A stretch of 64,000 nt of DNA from Saccostrea echinata (taxonomy: Eukaryota), in assembly GCF_033153115.1 (NCBI RefSeq), contig NW_026889778.1:1612001-1676000 (forward strand). The letters are read 5' to 3'. Below the pieces are notes generated by a model. The model was not told the origin of the DNA. It was given only the letters and a program-made list of their open reading frames with translations, and ran no database searches. This document shows, in pieces, positions 54,841 to 64,000 of the stretch (position 1 is the stretch's first letter; each line of letters starts with the position of its first letter). Made by a program: the position numbers and the translations under genes.

Positions 54841-57176
54841 TATAGGTCTAACATAAATACTATAGTTAACAATAGTTTACTAAAGTATGAATGTTTTCTA
54901 CTATAGTAAATCAAAATTTTTACTTTAGTTAATCAAATTATTATGACTATGAATTTCAAATTCAAATATTTTACGTTCCCCAATTAAAACGTCAAAATAT
55001 GTGCTATTAAAAGAAAATATTACTTTTATATTCACCTTTTATTTCCGAAATTTTCATCATTGGTATTGTATTTCAGAGATATCAAGCTTCGAAATCTCAA
55101 CAAAATATGGAATTTAGTAAACTACAGCTTACTATAGTAAACTACAGCTAACCATAGTAAACTACAGCTAACCATAGTAAACTACAGCTGATTATAGTAA
55201 ACTACAGCTAACCATAGAAAACTACAGCTAACCGTGGTGAACCACAGCTAACCATAGAAAACTACAGCTAATTATAGTAAACTACAGCTAACCATAGTAG
55301 ACTATAGCTAACTATAGTAAACTACAGCAAACTATAGTAAACTACAGCTAACCATAGTAAACTACAGCTAACCATAGTAAACTACAGCTGATTATAGTAA
55401 ACTACAGCTAACCATAGTAAACTACAGTTAACCGTGGTGAACCACAGCTAACCATTGAAAACTACAGCTAATTATAGTAAACTACAGCTAACCATAGTAA
55501 ACTACAGCTAACCATAATAAACTACAGCTAACTATAGTAAATTACAGCAAACTATAGTAAACCACAGCTAACCATAGCAAACTACAGCTAACCATAATCA
55601 ACTACAGCTAACCATAGAAAACTACAGCTAATTATAGTAAACTACAGCTAACCATAGTAAACTACAGTTAACAATAGTAAACTGCAGTTTACCATAGAAA
55701 ACTACAGCTAACCATAGAAAATTACAGCTAACCATAGTAAACTACAGCTAACCATAGTAAACTACAGCTAACTATAGTAAACAACAGCTAATTATAGAAA
55801 ACTACAGCTAACCATAGTAAACTGCAGCTAACCGTGGTAAACCACAGCTGATCATAGTAAACTTTAGCTAACCATAGTAAACTACATCTAACTATGGTAA
55901 ACTACAACTAACCATAGTAAACTACAGTTAACCATTGTAAACTACATCTAACTATAGTAATGTAATGTTAGTTTACCAACTGTTGTAGACAACCAGTCCA
56001 AAAGGACGTATCTCCGTTCTCTTTTCGGTACCTCTGTACTGCGCACACCTGTCAATGAATAAAGATCATTTCTAATAAAAAAAAATTTTAATGAATATTT
56101 TAGTTCAAAACATTATAGTTTGTTAGGTTAGTAAAACTTTTGTGGTTTCTAAATCAATCACCAAGCATACATTCTAAGCAACAAGCTTCAAGATCCCTCT
56201 TTCTGAAATGCAAATTGCAATTAATTCCATAAATTAAGAAAAGTTAACAAACACAGAGATAGTGGCTTTATAGTTTCACATAATACAAAGTATATATACA
56301 AGTATTTTAGAAAGCTTTGTTTTTTTTTTCTTTCTTTTTTTTTTGTTGTTTTTTTTTTTTTTTACTTTTTCTGAACTGGCTTTCTTTCTTTATATTCACA
56401 CAATATTTGGATAGAAATATTTCTTTTAAGTATCTTGAGCTAATAAAGTTAGATTATCTTACGTCACCATCTTGGCAGTACTCTATTCTCTCACAGAAAC
56501 GAGGCTCTAAGACGTCATCACAACGTAAACATCTTAACCCAAAACCTTTGAAAAAAAATTAAAATGCTTTTATTTTTTGAGAGCCTAGACAGCAAGATGA
56601 CTAAACCAACAAATCTCGTGGAATCATTTCACAGAAGTTCAATCCCAAACCTTCGTCTGATGACTAAATGTTTAGAATCATCGTGAATTATATTACATAG
56701 CATTGAATATTCATAACGATAATTCCAGATTAACGATAATAGATCGGTTCATAAGGTTCGGTTATGCAAGCTTACTCCCAATGGCATCTTGATCCAGTTT
56801 TCAGATCCTTGTTGGCTCTGCTGACAATTCCTATTGTCTGAATGAACTTTTGAGCATGACCACTGTTCGTTATCTTCATATTTTCTTTAACTCCTCATAA
56901 TAATCAAATATTTACTGGTGTTCTGTACACTATGGGACGGAAAAAGAGAAAATTAAATATAGAAAACGCATATTTTTGAACAAAGGCATGTTGAGCACGC
57001 ACTTGCTAAAAAACTTACCTTCAGCAGTATAAGAGATCAGCAAAGATAGTCCTGAAGAAAAAAAATATGAAATGGATTTAAAAGGGAAAGAAATGTCAGA
57101 AAATCATCCAGAGAGAGAGAGAGAGAGAGAGAGAGATGTATATACCACATAGGAAGTAAGTGAACAGATACATCAT
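44489..57176 (-). CDS. Intact multi-exon gene (copy C): secreted protein, signal peptide + 2 Ly6/uPAR-like three-finger domains + 3 tandem gC1q domains, 610 aa
   Basis: Exons (minus strand): 57176-57146, 57051-57019, 56545-56463, 56048-55977, 53573-53450, 52998-52904, 52064-51996, 47872-47704, 47042-46644, 45522-45130, 44853-44489. All introns are GT-AG, phases are compatible, total 1833 nt with no internal stop. N-terminus MMYLFTYFLCGLSLLISYTAEG is hydrophobic. LU1 ends CQECCYGDLCN and LU2 ends CSGCCKGDLCN. Exons 1-5 are supported by conservation in the paralogous copies in this window. The start codon and the exon 8 donor are the least certain parts. Confidence 0.85.
45130..45522 (-). CDS. 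Exon 10 of gene C: globular C1q domain 2
   Basis: FTFQNVITNNGNVYHSGNGTFVCPESGMYAFAF..LTRGDRVYL..STFSGWRI; 393-nt phase 1-1 exon. Confidence 0.92.
46644..47042 (-). CDS. Exon 9 of gene C: globular C1q domain 1
   Basis: AFYA..VIFNNVTTNEGLAYNGTSGIFTCKYSGPYVFSW..LKFGDKVRV..STFSGWRL matches gC1q motifs; 399-nt phase 1-1 exon. Confidence 0.92.
47704..52998 (-). CDS. Exons 6-8 of gene C: LU/three-finger-like domain 2
   Basis: PICFNCAHTLNPSDCHHVTLCGTNE|MCFLGERPVFGQRYFTSHCEDIH|ACENHVSAPIIVGRKRSLRGRRSYEPCSGCCKGDLCNINC. Same Cys pattern and same 1-0-0-1 intron phases as LU1. Confidence 0.8.
48468..48802 (-). mobile_element. Penelope-like 3' terminal fragment in intron 7 of gene C
   Basis: Well-preserved cassette (translates GVTGRQWMLTPPWHLIPPL). 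Confidence 0.8.
48995..50400. repeat. 43-bp pyrimidine-rich minisatellite, about 33 copies (intron 7)
   Basis: Unit CATTCTTGTCATAAGCTCCCTAATATCCTCTTTTCCTCTTCCT. Confidence 0.92.
50835..52020. repeat. 39-bp minisatellite, about 30 copies, overlapping the exon 7 end and donor
   Basis: Unit CACAGTGACTTGTTAGATGTTTACTTACGTGTATATCTT; minus strand AGTCACTGTGAAGATATACAC|GTAAGTAAACATCTAACA. Confidence 0.92.
53450..56545 (-). CDS. Exons 3-5 of gene C: LU/three-finger-like domain 1
   Basis: LRCLRCDDVLEPRFCERIEYCQDGD|VCAVQRYRKENGDTSFWTGCLQQL|SCPKVTNRTIVQTNKRKIHGSVLCQECCYGDLCNAEGC. Shows the LxCxxC start and CCxxDxCN end typical of LU domains. Confidence 0.85.
54845..55962. repeat. 20-bp tandem array (AACTACAGCTAACCATAGTA, 55115-55960) in a remnant related to the 8208-9183 element
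   Basis: About 42 units; the left part TAACATAAATACTATAGTTAAC resembles the TIR at 8208. Absent between the exon 4 donor and (GA)n in copies A and B. Confidence 0.85.
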
Positions 57177-58621
57177 TATCCAAATACTATCAGAATATTA
57201 TTGTCTACAGATGGTCTCCAGTCAGATGTGTTATCAAGGTGCAATTTCAAAATCCTTATCTCTAAGAACAATTGTACTTAGTAATACAACATATCGACAG
57301 TGTATACAGACACGCATTATACATACCATAAATTCTAGTTAATGTGCATGATTGAACAATCATTATACTGTTATAAAACGCTGATTTTTCTATGGATTAC
57401 GTCGTTTACCTGATTAAAGCGAAGAGCTACGGTGGGTGTGCCCAGTCAACAGGGAATGCTTAATCCCCCATGGCACCTGATCCCTCCTCTGATGTTTCCC
57501 TGGATACTCTGTTGACTCCACTGTAAATTGTGTATCATTTCTAATGGACTATGAACTTTTTACCTTCATATTTTCAATTTTCCACGAAATTCCATAACTA
57601 GGTTTTCAATCACCTTTAACTCATAGTTTGTAATTAATCTTGTAGTTCTTGTTCTTACTTCTTGTTTTATCTATATATAAGTGTATGATTCATGCAGTAA
57701 GCTGCATAAAAATCTTTTTATCTCTAGGTCGGATTTTCTTAAAAACCGGAAATTACAAACATCGCCATTGGTGATTATTCGATATTTTCTAAAAGAGTGG
57801 TCAATCGAAATAATAAAAATGATTAGTGTAAAAATACTTATAAGAAAATATTTCCCCCAAAATTAAAATTATTAATGACAATTAGCCGTACAATAATTTT
57901 CTAATTATGATTTAATGCTGAAAAATATGAAACAGAATATATGGAGCTGTAATTAGATATGCCTAGTATAATTTTTGTGGTCGATGGTGAGGGAATAAAT
58001 GCACATAAACAGTAGAACTATTCTTACCTTTCTTTCTCGTATTTGGTAAATTAAAAACACTTTTTTTGTTGCTTGTTGCAGTGTTCATCAACTATTAAAC
58101 TAAGGATGATATTTCATATCAGTGACCTCCAACTCTTTATTTTCATAATCTGAGTAGTTTTTAGATTATATATTTAGGTCTTCAGCCAGTGTCTAGTATA
58201 TATGCTTTTAAGTACCACAAACAATTAATAACCCATAACGTTTATTTATCAATATTTAGTAATGCAGTAAATTTGTTCAAATTCAGCCTTGCTAATCCGG
58301 ACACTTTTTCTTGATCAAATTGTCCGGATTGATGACGCCTCCGAACTACGATACAGACTTGGTATACATAAATATGAACTGTCCAGAAGGTGAATTATCC
58401 GGATTATCTGTGTCCGGATTATTGGGGATTTACTGTACATAACGTGCTAATTATTTGAATTTTCAACTTTGGGATATTCTGTTGGCAAAATTTGAATAAC
58501 TAATTAAAGACGAAGATAACGAAATGTGATCCATCTCAAAATCCTGTAAACAATACACAGATATGTATTGTTTGTAAATTATTTTTAAGATCAATTACCT
58601 TTTGTTATCTTCATCTTTTGC

Positions 58622-58970
58622 ACCGTCACGGTAGCTCGGTAGATAGAGCGCTTGCTCCGTGATCGGAAAGTCGTGTGTTCGAATTACGGCCGCGAATGAC
58701 CTAAGTCTATAAGATTTGGAAACAACTGTTCCTTCACCAAGCGCTCGGCACTTTGTAGTGAAAGTTGCGTGTCTTTCGGATAAGACCTTAAAAACTGAGG
58801 CCCTGTGTCACGGTAGGCGTTGGCACGATAAAGAACCCTCACTGCTCAATGGCCCTGAATGCCGAGTAAAATCTAAATTTGAAGCCCTTCACCGGTCTAT
58901 GGTGACGTCTCTGTATGAGTGAAAAATTTTCGAAGGGGGCCTAAATCAACATACAATAAATCAATCAATC
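58622..58970 (+). mobile_element. tRNA-derived SINE with a two-part core (Meta+Deu-like)
   Basis: A box TAGCTCGGTAG, B box GTTCGAATT, ttccttcaccaagcgctcggca segment, tttcggataagacc core, (CAAT)n tail. Confidence 0.8.
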
Positions 58971-59379
58971 GGTCAATCACCTTTTGCATTTAAAACAATG
59001 AAACATGTATGTCACCGAAAGATTATATTTGCAAACAAGGATATTATAACGACCAGAGAATTGGCAAAATGCTGACGTAAAACAAGATAAAAGAAAGCTC
59101 TGTAACACCAATTTATTATGCAGTATACTGTCTCTAAACGATCTTTGATTCATTTGAAAAATTGCTCGGTTACAAATCGTAAATTTTCGAAACTTTTGAA
59201 TGCTCTTCAATTCGTTTGACTATTCTAAATCAAAACTCGAATGGAATTATTATTTCAAAATACTAATCCTTCTTTAAAATCTCTTGTATGCCCCCCCCCC
59301 CCCCCAATACTCGGAGTAAAACACTCCTTAATGTAGCTAGCAATTAGAAAGTTTAATGAAGATAAGAATGATACATAAA

Positions 59380-59744
59380 TTAGGAGAACATGAAATAGCC
59401 AGAAATCATGGTCTGATCACCATCTGCTGCTCCATCCTGCTTGACAGTAATGATATCGTTTCTCTCCAGGCGCAAAATGGCCACATCTGAGCCACTGTCA
59501 TAGTCTGCGTTTCTTCCATCCGAGATCGTCTCCCCTACAGATTCGCTGTTTACCTGAATCCACGATCTGTGATGTCTACCATTAGCTTCCATGTTCCAGA
59601 AGAATAGATAGACGCCGTCTTTGGGAGTCTGGAATTGGGTGTGGTAAAATGAATTTGTCGTGTCTAGGTACTCTGTGTTGTAGTAGGCCGGAGACGAAGA
59701 TGTGGAATCCGAGGCCATCTGCAAAAATGCTGGCGTGGAAGTCG
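59380..59744 (-). CDS. Terminal exon (gC1q domain 3) of upstream paralog D; the rest of the gene presumably lies beyond the window end
   Basis: Gapless alignment to exon 11 of gene C with about 81/114 identical residues (manual count), identical exon length, ttttag acceptor and identical C-terminus DGDQTMISGYFMFS*. Confidence 0.88.
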
Positions 59745-60809
59745 CTAAAAGAAATATAAAAGCACCTCCTTAAATTCTTTAAAACATTAACAGGTGTTTC
59801 ATTAATACTACATGCATATAATTAAACAAAACAGGAATGTGATATTTTCCATTTTATTTAATGTTTGACAGAATTCCGAAATTACCAGCAGATATTATAA
59901 AACATTAGCTGAAAACACCAAAACACATAAGAATAAATTGAAAGGAATCATAGGGTAACCAAGGAATACATCCGGTCACACAGGAAACAAACACACCTGT
60001 GTGATTTAATGGCAAGAAATGCAGTACTGTAAGCCGCTTTAGTATCATGGTGATAAAATGTGTTACAATGTTTTACTTCCAGTTAAAGGTCTGTACCATG
60101 TGACAGGTACTTAATTCTTTGATAACCTTATTTACTGTGGATTTGATTTCCCTGTAAAATGATAAATATTGAACCTAGTGAAATCAGAATTATCGTGTGT
60201 TGTCTCTTCTAGTCTACAGTACCAGCACTTAAAAAGTTAAATTAAAAAAAAAATTGCATTGGAGGAATAAATGGGACTACCAAACAGTGTCGTAAAACAG
60301 TCAAATTCTGTCATTTGGGAATTTATCATTCCTAATTGAGAAAGAACAAGAAACCTTCACAGAAATTTATTACCAGCAGTTCGAAACATTGTCTCTTCAG
60401 AGCAAAGACTTTTCAAGCCAAAATAATCAGCATTAGAGGTCAGAACAACAGAAGCAACACAAAGAAGTTGACAGTAGCGAGTAAGAAGATTAGTTTGTGA
60501 CGGAATATTGTTTGTTTCTTGTTTTGTGACGGAATAAGTACTTTTGAATCTCAACACTAGTACAATAGATGATCTGCAACCTGAAACAGATTAGAGAACA
60601 AGCAGTTCTATTTCGAGAAGCAATGAAAACAAATTCATAAGAGAAAGGAATCGGAAAGTAAAGAAGTGCCTTAAAGGTTACTAAATAAGAGGATATTATT
60701 AGAACGGAGAAAACATACATGTACTATTGATAAAAAGAGCCAGAACCATTAAAATGAACTCAAAAAAACGATACAGTATGGATAGAGAGGAACGCTGGGG
60801 AGAGGCATA

Positions 60810-63800
60810 CAGAGAGCAGAGACACTGAGGTAATAGCAGGCGGAGCAGAAACACTGAGGTAATAGCAGGCGGAGCAGAGACACTGAGGTAATAGCAGGCG
60901 GAGCCGAGACACTGAGGTAATAGCACACGGAGCAGAGACACTAGGATAATAGCAGGCAGAGCAGAGACACTGAGGTAATAGCAGGTGGAGCAGAAACATT
61001 GAGGTAATAGCACACGGAGCAGAGACACTAGGATAATAGCAGGCGGAGCAGAGACACTGAGGTAGTAGCAGACGGAGCAGAGACACTAGGATAATAGCAG
61101 GCGGAGCAGAAACACTAGGATAATAGCAGGCGGAGCAGTGACACTGAGGTTATAGCAGGCGGAGCAGAGACACTAGAATAATAGCAGGCGGAGCAGAAAC
61201 ACTAGGATAATAGCAGGTGGAGCAGAAACATTGAGGTAATAGCACACGGAGCAGAGACACTAGGATAATAGCAGGCGGAGCAGAGACACTGAGGTAATAG
61301 CACACGGAGCAGAGACACAAGGATAATAGCAGGCGGAGCAGAAACACTAGGATAATAGCAGGCGGAAGAGAGACACTGAGGTAATAGCACACGGAGCAGA
61401 GACACTAGGATAATAGTAGGCGGAGCAGAGACACTGGGGTAATAGCGGGCGGAGCAGAAACATTGAGGTAATAGCACACGGAGCAGAGACACTAGGATAA
61501 TAGCAGGCGGAGCAGAGACACTGAGGTAGTAGCAGACGGAGCAGAGACACTAGGATAATAGCAGGCGGAGCAGAAACACTAGGATAATAGCAGGCGGAGC
61601 AGTGACACTGAGGTTATAGCAGGCGGAGCAGAGACACTAGGATAATAGCAGGCGGAGCAGAGACACTAGGATAATAGCAGGCGGAGCAGAAACACTAGGA
61701 TAATAGCAGGCGGAAGAGAGACACTGAGGTAATAGCACACGGAGCAGAGACACTAGGATAATAGCAGGCGGAGCAGAGACACTGGGGTAATAGCGGGCGG
61801 AGCAGAGACACTAGGATAATAGCAGGCTGAGCCGAGACACTAGGATAATAGCAGGCGGAGCAGTGACACTGAGGTTATAGCAGACGGAGCAGAGACACTG
61901 AGGTTACAGCAGGCGGAGCAGAGACACTGAGGTAATAGCAGGCGGAGCAGAAACACTGAGATAATAGCACACGGAGCAGAAACACTGAGGTAATAGCACA
62001 CGGAGCAGAGACACTGAGGTAATAGCAGGCGGAGCAGAAACACTGAGGTAATAGCACACGAAGCAGAAACACTGAGGTAATAGCACACGGACAGAGACAC
62101 TGAGGTTATAGCACACGGAGCAGTGACACTGAGGTTATAGCAGGCGGAGCAGAGACACTGAGGTAATAGCACATGGAGCAGAAACACTGAGGTAATAGCA
62201 GGCGGGGGAAAGACACTGGGGTTATAGCAGACAGAGCATAAACACTGAGGTAATAGCAGGCGGAGCAAACACACTTATGTAATAGCACACGGAGCAGAGA
62301 CACTGAGGTAATAGCACACGGAGCAGAGACACTAGGATAATAGCAGGCAGAGCAGAGACACTGAGGTAATAGCAGGTGGAGCAGAAACATTGAGGTAATA
62401 GCACACGGAGCAGAGACACTAGGATAATAGCAGGCGGAGCAGAGACACTGAGGTAGTAGCAGACGGAGCAGAGACACTAGGATAATAGCAGGCGGAGCAG
62501 AAACACTAGGATAATAGCAGGCGGAGCAGTGACACTGAGGTTATAGCAGGCGGAGCAGAGACACTAGAATAATAGCAGGCGGAGCAGAAACATTGAGGTA
62601 ATAGCACACGGAGCAGAGACACTAGGATAATAGCAGGCGGAGCAGAGACACTGAGGTAATAGCACACGGAGCAGAGACACAAGGATAATAGCAGGCGGAG
62701 CAGAAACACTAGGATAATAGCAGGCGGAAGAGAGACACTGAGGTAATAGCACACGGAGCAGAGACACTAGGATAATAGTAGGCGGAGCAGAGACATTGAG
62801 GTAATAGCACACGGAGCAGAGACACTAGGATAATAGCAGGCGGAGCAGAGACACTGAGGTAGTAGCAGACGGAGCAGAGACACTAGGATAATAGCAGGCG
62901 GAGCAGAAACACTAGGATAATAGCAGGCGGAGCAGTGACACTGAGGTTATAGCAGGCGGAGCAGAGACACTAGGATAATAGCAGGCGGAGCAGAGACACT
63001 AGGATAATAGCAGGCGGAGCAGAAACACTAGGATAATAGCAGGCGGAAGAGAGACACTGAGGTAATAGCACACGGAGCAGAGACACTAGGATAATAGCAG
63101 GCGGAGCAGAGACACTGGGGTAATAGCGGGCGGAGCAGAGACACTAGGATAATAGCAGGCTGAGCCGAGACACTAGGATAATAGCAGGCGGAGCAGTGAC
63201 ACTGAGGTTATAGCAGACGGAGCAGAGACACTGAGGTTACAGCAGGCGGAGCAGAGACACTGAGGTAATAGCAGGCGGAGCAGAAACACTGAGATAATAG
63301 CACACGGAGCAGAAACACTGAGGTAATAGCACACGGAGCAGAGACACTGAGGTAATAGCAGGCGGAGCAGAAACACTGAGGTAATAGCACACGAAGCAGA
63401 AACACTGAGGTAATAGCACACGGACAGAGACACTGAGGTTATAGCACACGGAGCAGTGACACTGAGGTTATAGCAGGCGGAGCAGAGACACTGAGGTAAT
63501 AGCACATGGAGCAGAAACACTGAGGTAATAGCAGGCGGAGCAAACACACTTATGTAATAGCACACGGAGCAGAGACACTGAGGTAATAGCACACGGAGCA
63601 GAAACACTGAAATAATAGCAGGCGGAGCAGAGACACTGAGGTAATAGCAGGCGGAGCAGAAACACTGAGGTAATAGCAGGCTGAGCAGAGACACTGGGGT
63701 AATAGCAGGCGGAGCAGAGACACTGAGGTAATAGCAGACGGAGCAGAGACACTGAGGTAATAGCAGGCGGAGCAGAGACACTGAGGTTATAGCAGACGGA

Positions 63801-64000
63801 GCAGAAACACTGAGGTAATAACAGGCTGAGCAGAGACACTGGGGTAACAGCACATGGAGGAGAGACAATGAGGGAATAGCAGGCAGAGGAGAGACACTGA
63901 GGTAATAGTAGGCGGAGCAGAGACACTGAGGTAATAGCACACGGAGGAGAGACACTGAGGTAACAGCAGGCGGAGCAGAGACACTGAGGTAATAGCACAC
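60810..64000. repeat. 29-bp satellite/minisatellite array (>100 copies) with higher-order duplication, in the presumed last intron of paralog D
   Basis: Unit GCAGAGACACTGAGGTAATAGCAGGCGGA; identical variant runs recur at a 1333-bp offset. Confidence 0.93.

Noticed and set aside
48995-55960. CRISPR-like appearance of regular short repeats
   Set aside because: Units are directly adjacent with no unique spacers, there are no cas genes, and the context is eukaryotic introns.
60699-64000. Many Cys/Leu-rich ORFs (LLRLLLPQCLCSACYY...)
   Set aside because: They are translations of the 29-bp satellite. The unit is not a multiple of 3 and the same peptide appears in all frames.

Overview
AT-rich, repeat-dense animal genomic DNA, most likely a bivalve mollusc (oyster-like; inferred from the repeat families, the B-box/TRIM-like pseudogene and the C1q genes). 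The main content is a minus-strand tandem gene cluster that the ORF track misses because the exons are short. I manually assembled one apparently intact 11-exon gene (44489-57176, 610 aa) with the architecture signal peptide + 2x Ly6/uPAR-like (three-finger, LU) domain + 3x globular C1q domain. The window also holds the last exon of an upstream paralog (59380-59744) and two decayed 5' partial copies (34773-~37460 and 4807-9283). A 39-bp minisatellite inside the intact gene is an about 30-fold amplification of an exon end plus its 5' splice site. Other genes are an intronless-CDS orphan class A GPCR (20826-21923) and a B-box/TRIM-like pseudogene. Repeats include many Penelope-like retroelement fragments (one degenerate hammerhead ribozyme), a BEL/Pao gag remnant, nested Helentron-type HINEs, tRNA-derived SINEs, MITEs and satellites. 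All gene models come from reading the sequence by eye and have no transcript or database support.
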